Of a DNA stretch of 57,612 bases, positions 35,387 through 48,470 are shown in pieces. The DNA lies in the NCBI RefSeq assembly GCF_000143415.4, contig NW_003314292.1, forward strand, positions 677,277 through 734,888, in the 5' to 3' direction. The translations under genes and the position numbers were made by a program. The stretch is from Selaginella moellendorffii (taxonomy: Eukaryota; Plantae; Lycopodiophyta). Positions within the stretch are counted from its first letter, which is position 1, and every line of letters begins with the position of its first letter. The notes below the pieces were generated by a model. That model saw nothing but the letters and a program-made list of their open reading frames with translations. It was not told the DNA's origin and ran no database searches.

Positions 35387-37604
35387 ATGGAAGACATACT
35401 TCCTCCCAGTCCCAGGCGTTCTAGCAACTCAAACTCTTTTTTTTCCTCCAGCAAGTCCTCCATCGCCAGCATATCTAGCAGCAGCAGGCTTACGTTTTTC
35501 TCGCCAGACCAGGCCAGTCCTCGCACTGTGGTTGTGGTTTTTGATGTTTCGAGAGAAGTCTCTCTGGATGTTCTCGAGTGGACAGTGGAGCGAATAGTCC
35601 AGCCAGGGGATTGCTTAATTCTTCTCGGAATACTTCACGAGATCCTCACTCCTAGTAAGTAAGGATGATAATTTCTTGAGTTAAGTCGCTAACCGATGGG
35701 ATTGTTTCTCACAGTGGGTTACAAATCCAAGGTGGACTTTGCATCTTTCAACGGAGTGAACTTCAAGTGCCTAGAGGAAGAAACAGCGAAAACGATCAAG
35801 TACTACAATATAAAATCGATCAAAGTCCAGCAGCTATGCGATGAGCACCGAGTAAGCACGCACGATGATCCTGTGAGCCTGCTTAATTAACAGTAAGAAA
35901 TCCCATGCAGATCAAGCTTGACGTGAGAGTTGCCAAGGGGCATCCACTCGATCTGATCGCGTCCCAAGAAGCCAAGAAACTTAAAGCGTCCTGGGTAGTG
36001 TTGGACAGGTACTCCGTGCTGCTACTTCAAGCGGTGAATGATTTCTCATAGCTCCATTTTGCAGGGGCTTGAAAAGATATAAGAGGAACATTGTGGAGCA
36101 GCTATCGTGTAATGTTATACTCATGGACCGGAATAATGAAGGGAAGCTCCTGAAGGTATCTGAATCCGTAGTTCTGAATCCATCCTTACAACTCAGCAGC
36201 GACGTATCTTCAGATAGTCCTAACGAGGGATCAGTGAGCAGTCACAAAACTTTAGCCGAGAGGCAGCAGATTATCGCACTCGAGCTCGAAAGCAAGCAGC
36301 AGCATGGTCCCGAAACAGAAACTCGAGAAGTAACGCATTCTGATCCGGCACCCCCGGTATGCTTGATCTGCGAGAGCCAGAAACGTTTTAGGACGACAAC
36401 GAACTTCACGTATGCTGAGCTTGAGGAAGCCACCCTCAACTTTTCCCCAGGAAACTTCTTAGCCGAAGGTGGCTACGGGCCGGTCTACAGAGGGATATTG
36501 AAGGATGGACGATACATTGCTGTGAAAAGAAACAAGGATGCGAGCACGCAAGGGGAAAAAGAATTCAAGGCGGAAGTCGAAGCTCTCAGCGGCGCACAAC
36601 ATCGAAACCTGGTGACGCTTCTCGGGTTTTGCATCGAAGGCGGAAAGAGGATACTGGTATATGAATTCGTCTGCAACAAGTGCTTGGACTGGCATCTCTC
36701 GGGTAAGAGGAATGGCTTTCTCGTATGTTTCTGACGAAGTCACTTCAAACTGGTTTTGCAGCTGCGAATACGAATGTCTTGCCTTGGTCTGCGAGGCATG
36801 CGGTCGCTGTGGGAGCTGCAAGAGCATTAAGATATCTCCACGAAGGCTGCCGAACTGGATCCATCGTCCACAGAGACGTGCGGCCTCACAATATTCTTCT
36901 CACACACGACTACACTCCAAAGGTGAGAAGAGCAGCCTCTCTTTCATTCTTCTTTTTTCGTTTCAATGCGCTCAAAGATGGGAACAGGTTGGAGACTTTG
37001 GCTTAGCAAGATGGCAAAGCAACGATGATTCGCCTGCACAAACAAGGCTCGTCGGAACTCTCGGGTAAGAAACAAGCGGTGCTGGCTGATGACTGAAAAG
37101 AAAAATAAAAATAAACGATTTTGATGACTAAAAAAACGATTTTGTTCTTGGATCGAAGCTATCTGGCTCCAGAGTACATCTCCAGCGGCGAAGTTACCAC
37201 CAAAACCGACGTCTATTCATTTGGCGTGGTTCTCCTGGAGCTTATCACTGGACGAAGAGCCATTAATCTGTCCTTGCCTGCTGGAGAGACAAGCCTCATA
37301 GAATGGGTAAAAAAAATAGGAGCTCTTTTTTCTTCTTATTTAAACAAAAGAACTAACTTGCAACAACAGGCTCGTCCCATGATTGAAACCAGAGACGCGG
37401 AATCGCTGATTGACAAGAGACTTGGAGACAAGTTTAACATGTACGAGTTACACTGTATGATCCACGCGGCTTCGTTTTGCCTGCGAGCGGCTCCGTCAGA
37501 GCGAGCCAAGATGAGCCAGGTTTGTGTTTGTCTGTGCCTCACGAAGAACTCTACAAGATCACTTTCTTGCATTCCAGATTTTGAGGATTCTCGGCGAAGA
37601 GTGA
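35387..37604 (+). CDS. Receptor-like cytoplasmic kinase with an N-terminal USP-like domain (PERK-related, HRDxRP catalytic loop)
   Basis: N-terminal [37 protein letters not shown]. Kinase motifs [56 protein letters not shown]|YLAPEY and [15 protein letters not shown]; ends ILRILGEE*. Confidence 0.93.
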
Positions 37605-37713
37605 TTAGAAGTACCTGCTATTGTTTGTAGTGTCAATACGTCAATACGTCAATACTAAGAACGTCGTAAGATGGAACCATTTGCCAAATGTCTTCTTACC
37701 AGCTTGACAAAGC

Positions 37714-38827
37714 TTACTTACAGTGCTCGCTTTGAGCTTTTGCGCTATCCGGAATTTCTACAAGCTCCCCATCGGAAGAACCTGCTGCTTCGCTTTTGTG
37801 AACACCATCTTCGCCGTCGCTATCTAGACCCTGCAAACAAAGCATAGAAAATATAAGTCACGCTTCATTTGTTACTATTTGTGAAAGTACTCACCGTGCT
37901 GTTGACCAGGCGATCGAAGTCTTCTGGATCGGAATCTCCATCATCACCTGAGAGATCATACATAGATGTCAAGAGATAAAACAACCGAGAACAAACTCTT
38001 TCACCTTGTCCGTCGTCGTGACCATCTAGCGCTCCCAGAAGGTAGGCGTCCAGATCGTGATCGGCAGGATGTGGTTTCTTGTCGATTGCATCGCTCGAGC
38101 TTTCTTCTCTCGGTTGATCTGGTTTTGTGCTGGACGTCTGATCGTCCACCTTTGCGATGTTTGCACGCGCTTCATATCTGTAAGCAATGCCAGAGTTAAG
38201 TTTCCGGGAGTGTTGTATAGACTCACGGGGCGATGTAGTTCTCAACGAGCTTGAAATAGATTTTCCAGAAGGTGGTCTCCTTCATCCTTCGCGGGCACAA
38301 AACGTAGCGAAAATCAGAGAGATCCTGGCTCAAGAGAATGCCAAAGCTTACGGGATGAAACATCACATGAAAGAAGAAAACTTACCGGAACAACTTGAAG
38401 AAGGAAAACTGCGTGTTTCTCCTGCCATTCGCTTAGATCTTGGCGAACTCCTGTTTCGTTCACTGAAAGAAGAATTTAGTCAGCAAGAAGTAGATAAACC
38501 AAACATACAGTCTTTGGTATCGTAGTCCCGAAACGTTCTTATCGTGAAGGTCTTGACGAACTCTCGGAGCTCTGGTGTGATCCCATACGTTTCAAGTTCC
38601 TCTTGTGAAGGGCTCGGAGGAGTTACGCTTCCAGGCGAGAGCTCCGCGGTAGCAAACGCCTTAATTTGATCGGCTCTTTTGGTAGCCTCCACAGCCAACT
38701 CCTTGGATTTCTTCGCGGTTTCTAGTGCCAGCTCTTGCGAGAACTTCGCAGCCTCCTTGGCAAAGTCTTGAGATTTCTTTGCGGTCTCCTGCGCAAGATC
38801 TCGAGCCTTTTCGAATAACAAGTCCAT
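37714..38827 (-). CDS. BSD domain-containing protein
   Basis: Amphipathic repeat N-terminus (AKKSQDFAKEAAK), YGITPELREFVK, then DLSEWQEKHA and FRYVLCPRRMKETTFWKIYF (BSD FW motif), acidic tail. The 3' end is approximate. Confidence 0.88.
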
Positions 38828-39281
38828 TGTATCGTAACTGCGATCAACAACTCATCTCGAGAAACCTGAGTTTAGGAAAAGAAAAGAGAGAGGACTTTAG
38901 CCAAAATCAAAGAGGGGATTCTAATCTTACAAACTAAAATGGAATGCTGTTTGAACGATTCACCAAGAAACAAGGAAGAAATCACACACCTGGATTGCAC
39001 GCTCCACGCCCCAGATCCAAGGCGCCGCGGCAAGGGACGCAAGATTTTAGCTCGATCTAGCAGCAAGATCGCAGAGAATCGATCCAATCGAAAGGATTTC
39101 TCGCACGCCCTACCTCTTGTGCCCAATCCCTCCAAGCGCGCTTTCTCTCCTTCCAAACAATGCCGTACACGTTTCCCTATATACGGCAATGGCCGCAGTT
39201 TGATCCAACGGCGGCGAAGATGCACACGTGTCAGACATCCAGGTGAATAGAAAAATATATCAAGGACGATGATGTATTTAA

Positions 39282-40333
39282 TCAAAACATTCCAAGAACA
39301 AGTAGCAAAACCCCACTTATAATGTGTGTGCAGGGAAGATTAAAATCTCCACTTGAGACCAAAGGCCTGGGAGAACCGGTCCCAAATGGATTGCTCACAC
39401 TCTGGGAAGGCGCCAATGCCGGGGCCTGTGAAGCCGCAACTGGAGACGGGGTCGCTGTAACGGGGGCTGGGGCTGCCACTGGTCTTCTGTGCCTGTGGCC
39501 GCCTGGAAAGAAAAAGGAGCGAGTAGATTTTATTAACCGCGCGATTAGATCGTTTTTTCTTACCTTTGCGCCTGGGAGCCGGCGCTGGAGCTGGTACAAC
39601 TACTCACAAATTTGACACAAGTTAAAACTCTCGAGATAAGAAATGGGAGTAAATACCTTGCTTAAGTGGGGCAGTCTGGGGCGCCAAAACTGGGGCCAGT
39701 GCTGGAACCAAACCTCCTGGAGCCGGGGCAACTAAACAAATACACAGATTAGACTAATCACGAGATAATACACAATGGAAGTCGCCAAAAACCTTGTTTA
39801 AGTGGGGACGACTGTGGTGCCAAAACTGGGGCCGAGGCTGGAGCCTGAAGATTACCTGAGGGGTAAAAAACCAGAAATGAAAACTTAAGGTAAAACCAAA
39901 GGAAAGAATCACAAAGAATGGAAGTGAAAACTCAAGGTAAAACCAAGGTTAAAAAAACCAGAAAGAATGATGAAAGTGAGAACTTACCAGAGCACAGGCT
40001 GGGATTTAACCCCTGTAAGTTACACTTTGCTGGAAGCTCGAGCGCGAGGGTGGAGTTGATGCCGGGGATCGAACCCGCGTTGGCGGAGATGAGCGAGCAG
40101 AGGCAGGCGGGATTTGAACCGGCGATCGATTTGAGGCCGCTGCAGCAGCTTTGCGCGGGCTGAGTCGCCTGGCCTTGGACGTAGGAGAGGCAGGGAATGA
40201 GCTGATTGAGCTGGCCATTGCAATTCGCGGGCTGCTGCTGGGCGAGGGAGGGATCGATCCATATCGCGAGGAGCAGTAGCAGCAACGGCAGCATGGCGAT
40301 CAAAGCTGGAGAAGGAGGCGATCGCGGCGACAT
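39282..40333 (-). CDS. GPI-anchored non-specific lipid transfer protein (LTPG / xylogen-like)
   Basis: Signal peptide, eight-cysteine motif C-C-CC-CLC-C-C, Pro/Ala-rich linker over several small exons, hydrophobic C-terminus IISGVLLLVLGMF. Confidence 0.93.
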
Positions 40334-40726
40334 TGCGGAGAAAACTCTCGAGATCGCGAAGCGAAGAGAATGCGGTGGAGTGATCGATCGATCGCGCGCT
40401 TGAAGTGGGAGGCCAGCGATGGATTGAGTGAGGGAAAGTGCGGTTTTATACGCCGGGCTGCCAGCTGACTATGCGCTCCTCAAATCAAGCTGGTAGACAT
40501 AGCGAAGTGCTACGTAGACGTCGAAGCGTGACACGTAAGCCCTTAGATGTCCACATCACTGTAATAAATTCTTGACGATTGTATCATGGCCGTCCACGTG
40601 ATGCACGGTTCGGATTGGTCTGAAAAGAATATACCTCCATCGAAGCGTTCGAATATATTCGAGTGGTCGCGGGTTCGACTTCCCGGAAATCACTTTTCAC
40701 TTCACGGAGGCGAGGAAGGAGCGCGA

Positions 40727-41251
40727 ATGGCCGCGGCGATCGCAGCAGCTGCGCTAAAGCGCATCTCTTTCTCGCGTTTTCCCGTCCGCATCGTGGCTGG
40801 TGAGTGCTTGAAATCACATTTGACAAAAAATTGATGGTGTTCTTGGAGTTTTTTGTGTTTTGTGTAGTTTCACCCGGGATGCTGTGGGGGACACGATCCG
40901 TGGTCGGGAAACCCAATCCCTTGCGGATCCGCGCATCAACAACGATCGGAATGAAGTTCTTTTGGAACGGCCATCTGCCTCCACCCATCGTTCCTCCCAT
41001 CGTTCCTCAAGAACAACCTGTGGACATGGAGATTGATGATGCCCGAGGAAGCTGAGCCCGTTGAAATGGAGATTGACGGTGGAGGAGGAGCCGTGCAGGA
41101 GGAGCCGGAAGAGAAGCCCGAGGTAATCAATCCCGGCGAAGAGAATCCGCCCGAGGAACTGGAGCCAATGGACATCTGGGAGGAGGATACGACCCCCCGG
41201 AAGTGTTCGATCCAGACGATTCCTACTAGATTGTTGTTTTCTTGTTTCTGA
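40727..41251 (+). pseudogene. Hypothetical acidic Pro/Glu-rich gene fragment
   Basis: ATG at ~40727, a GT-AG intron-like segment, and repeated PV(D/E)MEID / EPMDI motifs across a frameshift at ~41035. Confidence 0.3.
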
Positions 41252-41525
41252 TCGAGCCGAGATGTTTCTTTCTTGTGTCTCCGGTGTACCGGCTCCCCGG
41301 AGGTGATCGATCCAAGTGAGGATGAGCTCGATTGGTTCTAGTATTTTGTTTTCTTCCATGCGATCGTGTTTCTTTCTCTCCAGGTCTTGTGTCTTTCTTG
41401 TGTCTCTGCTCGAGAAAACCTTTTCCTTTGCCCTTCTTCTTGCGCCTCAAGCATCGCCTTCTTCTCTCCTTCGTGGAGCCACATTTTGCAGCAAGGTCGC
41501 CGGTGGTATCCACGCGTCTCAGCGC

Positions 41526-42720
41526 AGAAGCATCATGAAGATGTCCATGGAAAAATACCACGCTTGATCGCCCGGGCTTTTTGTTCTTGCGCAAAACAAA
41601 CCAAGTGTCACCGATGAAAACTTTCAATTTGAAACGCAAGAACAATCTTTCATAACATTGTCACAGGAGACATTGTCACAGGAACTTATTTAAATTTTAA
41701 GCTGTCGAATTTACATGCGTTAGCGCCAGGCCGAGCTTGGCGCTTTTGTCGAGCGCCTTCGTGTCCACTTCGCCCGACATCGAGATAACGGACTTGGTTT
41801 CAACCGGGCCTTGATCGTCGTCAGCGCGTCCAGCCACCGATGGAGACGGTGTCCTTGGTGGACAGCTTGTGGGATATCTCGGTTCCAATGGTGGTCCTCG
41901 TGAACGGGCTCACGACGTGCGAGTACGAGGCCTTGAGGGTGTCACCCTTGTCAGCTCTGCAGCCGCCAACGAGATCAAAGTCAGTCACAAGGACTAGCAG
42001 CTATGGAAACCAAGTAACCAGCAAGCTCGGGATTCTAAGTCAGCCATCCAGAGATCGCGATCAAACAGGAAAGTTTTGAGCTAGAAAGGGATCTTACATG
42101 ACAACCACGGCGGTGAACTCGGGCTTGTTCATGCCCAACTCCAGCACTGCACTTGGTGAGGCCGTGTCAAACGCGATGACAACGTTCGCTGGTGCATGGT
42201 GATTTCACCAAACGTCACGGTGGCGGACACACAATCGAAGGTGAAGAAGTGCTTACCTGTCTCTCAATGGTTCCTAGATTTTTCTTACCTCGTGAGAATG
42301 GTTGTAGATTCTCTCGACTGTCAACGTCGAAGGCTCAACTTTAGTCTTCCGGATCAAAAATCTGGCAAGTAAAGCAAAGAATGAGAAACTTAATATCTCT
42401 CTCACCTCTTTGTTCCCGCAGATGGAGCTCCAGCGTTGGGCTTGCTTCATCTGCCTAAAACCGTGCTAAAATTACTCTCTCAACCCTCGACTTTCTTGGA
42501 CGATTTCCTGCGGCCGCTGAGCTGCATTAAGAGGCTCATTACCCCTCGACGCCATGGCCTCTGCAATCCGAGAGGCGATGCTGCGCTTGCGACCCGGACG
42601 CATCACGTGTTAGGGTTTTTGGGAATGTTCCAGGCATATTCGATGTTTACGTTCTCTCATCCAACGGCCACGATTGTGTTAAGTCATTTTAAGAATGTTC
42701 TTGGCATATTCGAGAAAACT
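41526..42720 (-). pseudogene. Inverted, internally rearranged duplicate of ~22300-23980 (VDAC gene, its promoter and the WD40 gene 3' end)
   Basis: 41526-42175 matches the reverse complement of ~23980-23240, with deletions. 42206-42434 matches ~22865-23130 in direct orientation. ~42450-42720 resembles the reverse complement of the VDAC 5' region. Introns are retained. Confidence 0.9.
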
Positions 42721-44629
42721 TGACACGACGTCGACTGATCTTTGATTGTACCTGCTTTCGATATATGTTGACGGGTGAAGTATTAAGCCACAAAATATTT
42801 TCAGCTTTGTTTCTTTCATTGATTCATCTGTGCTTAAAGTTCTGAGAACTTGATCATGGTCGATTTTAGAGATAGCCTTGCAATGCTCATCAAGAAGATA
42901 AGTTTTTGAGAAGATGTTTCTTTTGCTGGTTCATCATGACTGGCTACCCATCTTAGGCATGGCTCATGAATCCATAGCCTGGAAATTCTTCTTCCACTTC
43001 AGCTGATGTTGGGTGTGGCTCATCAATCCATAGTCTGGGAATTCGAAGGATCAGGAAAAACCATGAAATGGAGCTACCAAGATTTCTCTTGCTTAGTTCA
43101 TCATGCACACACCTCCGTGGTTTTGTCAAAATTCTTGCACTGGCATCCGAATGAAGCTTTGGCTTCATGCAGTGCCACTCAACATTGCAGCACTGCGGGG
43201 CCAAGTGTAGGGGATGATGCACCTTGACACCCATTTCCATGATCTCGAGAGGCACTTGGGGCTGAAAATTCGGCAGCTGGCTGTGCATGACGATTTGAGC
43301 CATGTCACGGAGTTGTTGCTTATCACAAGCTCCTGCACAAAGTCAATCTTGGTCTCAGAGTTAGTCTTGGACTTGATCTCAGACTCAGTCCTATCTAATG
43401 AACTCTTTATTATTTCAATAGTGCCTTCAGGGATCCTTTAGCCTACAACACCTCGGGGAGTTAATTCCTTACAACTCCACCACCTATAAAGAAGTTCAAT
43501 GCCCACATTAAACATCTTTTTTTAATCTTACGACTTGTTGACCATGTCTTTGGGGGCATCCCCCCACTTAGTAGTGTGCCTAAGTTAACCTCCTTAGTCA
43601 AGAGCCCATAACAATAGAATATAGGTGTCCCTATACCTCACCTCATTACGCTAGTATGGGGTTGGGACTTGAATCCAGCCTTGCTTTACTAGAGGGTTGG
43701 GATTCAAACCTAACCTCCATAGAATATGTTTATAGATTCGACATCCCTGCAGGGAGTCGGGTGTAATTCCTTACACCTAGTCAATTTAGCTAACATGTTA
43801 ATTATCTTACATTCAACGGGCCTTCAGGTCCTAACATATGCTATTACTCAATTTCACAAATTGATATTTTAATTGAATTTTGCATAAGTACATAGAGTTC
43901 TACCTTGCAAAAATTTCTTCACTAGGTGTCGCACGTTCGCTAGGTTCTCCTTCGGTTCTCATGTTGCTTTGCAGTGTTAAAATCCTTTCTACTTCACATG
44001 GAACTCCCTCACTTCACGCCTTTGTCACTTGCTCTTGCACGCATTGAGGATGGCCTCAACTTCGTATTCCTCTTCCCCTTGAATAACCTCAGGTAAAGGT
44101 CTTACTTAGTCCTTGCAAAGCAGATCCTCAACACATGGTGCATCTTTCCCATCTCTCGAGGAAGTTGAAAGTGGTAAACCACTTTACTAATTCATGCCTC
44201 AATCTCATAAGGCCTCACAAACTTGCTTAAGGAACTCAAGATCAGTTCATTTCCAGGAATACATGCATTTTTACCTTTGGGTCAATTTTTTACTGATCCC
44301 ACTTGGTAGCCTTAGGTTCTTGGTGTTTAGCCATACCTTCTTCTCAGGTTAGAACTTTACATCCCAGTGCTTCTGGTTTGCATACTTGGTTTGTTCCAAA
44401 GAATCCCTTATTAGATTCCAAATGTTGAGTTTTTCCACCATGAATGCCTCCATTGTGGGTAGCCTGCGATGATACTCAGCCACACCGAGTTCCACAAAAC
44501 CTTCAATAGCTTGCCCATTGATGACTTCCCATGAACTCACCCTGATACTCGAATGTGGTGAGTTGTTATAGCATATTTTCACAAATCCTAAATGACTTAC
44601 CTAATCAGTTTGATCTCCAGAGACATAAT

Positions 44630-45222
44630 TGTAAGCTCATGAGTTTGGACTTCCCGGGAGGTCACCCAGCCCAGTACTATTCAAACCCAAGGATGCTTAA
44701 ATCTAACTATCCCAAGACACTTAACCAATTGGAAAAGGGGGTGCACTCTTATTCATTGGCCCTTTCCCTCTATATTTAAACCCCATGGATCGTCTCTCAA
44801 GTCGTTCTCTTTGGTTGCTTACAATTCACTATACTTCCCTGCAAGTTCACGCCCTCGTGAACAGAAGCTGAGAGCCATAGCTCTCCCAAGAGCCCCGCTC
44901 TCTTGACACCCTACCCCTTGGGTCGAGCCCAGTGGGAGCAAACTGGACCAGCTAGATGTCAATCAACATATGGTGTGATTCCCCTAGCCAACCAACAGAG
45001 TCGGACCCGAGACCGCTCTGATACCAAATGTAAGCTCATGAATTTGGACTTCCCGAGAGGTCACCCAACCCAGTACTATTCAAACCCAAGGACGCTTAAC
45101 TCTAACTATCCCAAGACCCTTAACCAATTGGAAAAAGAGGTGCACTTTTGTTCATGGGCCCTTTCCCTTTATATTTGAACCCCATGGATCGTCTTTTAAG
45201 TCGTTCCCTTTGGTTGCTTACA
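44630..45222 (-). mobile_element. Complete Cassandra TRIM (593 bp) with 5S rRNA-derived internal promoter in both LTRs
   Basis: Two 194-bp TG...CA LTRs (44630-44823, 45029-45222); perfect TSD ATAAT; PBS TGGTATCAGAGC (45015-45026); purine-rich tract by the 3' LTR. The LTR contains GAGTTAAGCGTCCTTGGGTTTGAATAGTACTGGGTTGGGTGACCTCTCGGGAAGTCC, matching the A-box/IE/C-box region of plant 5S rRNA. Confidence 0.96.
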
Positions 45223-47929
45223 ATAATATTGCAGATAATCCTTCAGCTGCCTATTCACCTTTTTTGTTTATCCATCTGTCAAGAAGTGTTATTGCCATCA
45301 AACTTGACTTAATACCCAATACATGTTTATGGGTGATAGGTTGTGTTGAATTTTGACTTGGTGCGATACTGTTTCAGGAGAGTTCTCCAGAACCTACTGG
45401 TGAAGATTCTATCTTGATCTGAGATAATCTTTTTTGGCCTTCTGCATCCACTTTTGTTATGGTGGCTATGAAATATGCCATTTTCAAAAACTAGTCTACC
45501 ACCATGAATATCTCATCAAACCCCTTGCTATGGGGGAGTCTTGTGATGTGAAGTCCATTGTAAAACATTTTTACGGTCGATCTGGAATTGGAATGTTTTG
45601 TAACAAACCCCCACTAGTCTTAGTCATGGCTTTAATTTGCTAACATATTGGATATGTCTTTATATAATCTTGGACGTCCTTAGCCATGTTTGGCCAATGA
45701 TACTTCCTCTTAAGTAAACCCATTGTCTTGAGCACTTCTCCGTGTCCCGCAAGAGGTCTATCATGACACTCTTCTAACGCTACCTTCTTTAGTTCCCCTT
45801 TTAGAACATATACCTTCGTTTGTTTATAATAAATAAGTCTATTGCGTTTTGCATAACCTGTTTTCTCTTTTGTTGGTAGCTCACCTCCCTAGTGAGCATC
45901 CCACACCTCTTGGTTCCTTAGCAACACTTCTTGTGCTAAACCATCATTCTCATATGTTGTCTGCATATCATCTTTAAAGGTTGTTATCGTACTATATATT
46001 GCCAACTTCAAGCTTGCCTTTCGACTTAAAGCATCCACCACAATGTTGCTCTTCCTAGTTTATATAGGATCTCGCAATCGAACTTGGCCAAAGCATTGGT
46101 CCACTGACTTTGTTTTCCTCTTAGATCGGGCTGCGACAATAAGTGTTTTGTTACCACATTATCTATGTAAACTTTGAAGTGCCTCCCAAGGTAGTGTCAC
46201 CACTCTTTAAACGCCTTGACCACCGCAAATAATTCCTTCTTGTGGGCAAGCCACTTTCACTGAGCCTTGTCCAACTTCTTCGAGAAGAATGCCACTAGAT
46301 GGTTGTCTTTCTTCAAAACTGTTCCTAATGCAAAGTTTGAAGTGTTTGTTTATACCTTGAAGTCTTTACCAAAGTCTGGTAATGCCAACACAGTAGTCTT
46401 CCTCAACTCCCCTTTAAGGTGGATAAATGCCACCTCACATTCTGCTGTCCATACCATTTTCCCTTTTTCCGTTTGGTTCGTTAAAGGCAAAGCTACTCTC
46501 GAATAGTGTTTGATAAACTTTTAATAATAATTTTATAGCCCCAAAAACACCCTTAACTCATGTACATTTGATGGTCACTCCCATTCTTGAATCGCTTGGA
46601 CCTTTTTAGGGTCCACCATGAGCCCATCCTTGCCAACCATATGCTTGAGAAACTTTACCTTTTGTTGAGCAAAGTCACATTTGCTCTCTTTAAAATACAA
46701 CTTGTGTTCCCTTAGTTTCTTAAACACCTTCGTCAAGTGTTCAGCATGCTCCTCTAGTGTCTCGCTATAGATCAGAATGTCGTCAATATAGATGCTCACG
46801 AAATGATCTAAATAGGGTACAAAAATGTGGTTCATCAGCGCCGAAAACATTACCGATGCATTGCACAGCCCAAAAGGCATCACCAGAAACTCAAAGCTCC
46901 CATACCTTGTCTGATAGGTTGTTTTCTCGACATCTTCCTTTGCTAACCTGATCTGGTACTTAGGTCAATCCTCAAGAAGTATTTTGTCTTTCCCAACCTA
47001 TCGAACAAGTCCTCAATTCTTAGTAAATGGTATTTCTTCTTCTTTGTATACTTGTTGAGCAACCAGTAGTCTATATACATGCACATTCTTTTTCACGAAT
47101 AACACTAGTGCACTATATGGTGAACTTAATATATCTTTTATCCACCAACTCTTTTAGTTGGTGCTTGAGCTCCTCAAGTTCCTTTTCATTCAAACGATAG
47201 GGGGGATGAACCATTGTCTTAGCACCTTCAACTAGCTCAATCTTATGTTCTATCAGTCGTGCGGGGGGTAACCCCGCCGGTAGCTCCTCTGGCATTGTAT
47301 TTTGGAATTGGTCCAACACCCGCTAGATCAGTAAATGTACTTCTTCTGCTTCTGTCTTTTGTCACTTCTCACCAAAAGTAAGCACAAAAATGTTGCCTCA
47401 ATTCCTTTAGTGAGTTGTCCTCTTCTAGACATCAGGTTCAAGTAGGAGTCTTTGGCCTTATATTGCCTTACCTTTAGATCTTGGGCCTCCACCCTGGATC
47501 ATTCTCCCCAGGCATTTGCTAGTACCACAAGGTTCCTACCTTATCCATGCAGGGCCACTACAAACTGATTGAACCAATTCATCCCGAAGATTATATCAAA
47601 TCCCATCATGTCCAACACGGTGAAATTCATATCTACTTTCTATGTCCCTAATTCAACTCTTGCTTATCGAAGTACCTCATCAATGCTTTGGCTACCTTGA
47701 ACAAATGTGAGACACAAAATCCCTAGGCCCCAAAGTGGAGCCGGAAGGGCACCACATGGTAGTGGCCGAAGCGAGAGCCAAACGAGCGTAACACGTTTGG
47801 ACCAAAAGCTCCGACTTGAAAAGTCAAGAGCGGGAGTGGAACTCCCAACGAAGTGCTCGAGGAACGAGCACGAAACGAGCAAAAGGCGAGGCTCCAAAAA
47901 GGGACCCAAAAGGACCAACACATGACACG

Positions 47930-48470
47930 TGGGAGTGTCCGAGATGGACTTGAGTTGGAGTCCGAAGTGGAGTCCGAGATGGACCCGAGTTAGAGTCCGA
48001 AGTGGAGTCCGAGATGGACTCGAGTTGGAGTCCGAAGTGGAGTCCAAGATGGACCCGAGATGGAGTCCGAGATGGAGTCCGAAGTGGAGTCCGAGGTGGA
48101 CCCGAGTTGGAGTCCGAAGTGGAGTCCGAGATGGACCCGAGATGGAGTCCGAGATGGAGTCTGAGATGGAGTCCGAGGTGGACCCGAGATGGACCCGAAA
48201 TGGAGTCCGAGATGGAGTCCGAGATGGACCCGAGATGGAGTCCAAGATGGAGTCCGAGATGGACCCGAGATGGAGTCCAAGATGGAGTCCGAGATGGAGT
48301 CCAAGATGGAGTCCGAAGTCGAGACCGAGACCGAGACCGAGACCGAGATCGGGACCGAGACCGAGACCGAGGCCGAGGCCGAGACCGAGCCCGAGCCCGA
48401 GTCCGAGTCAGAATCCAAGTCCGAGTACGAGTCCGAGTCCGAGTCCGAGTCTGAGTCCGAGTCCAGAGCC
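47930..48470 (+). repeat. Tandem 11/12-mer (GATGGAGTCCGA, GATGGACCCGA) and 6-mer (GACCGA, GTCCGA) array in the 5' LTR
   Basis: Directly visible array. Confidence 0.95.

Noticed and set aside
42953-43441. 116-aa minus-strand ORF beside the chromovirus end
   Set aside because: No recognisable domain. It could be LTR or gene debris but cannot be supported.
45046-45102. 5S rRNA gene
   Set aside because: Only ~57 nt of the internal control region is present, embedded in LTRs. The 5S ends are missing.
47930-48470. CRISPR-like array
   Set aside because: The units are contiguous with no unique spacers, there are no cas genes, and the context is a eukaryotic LTR.
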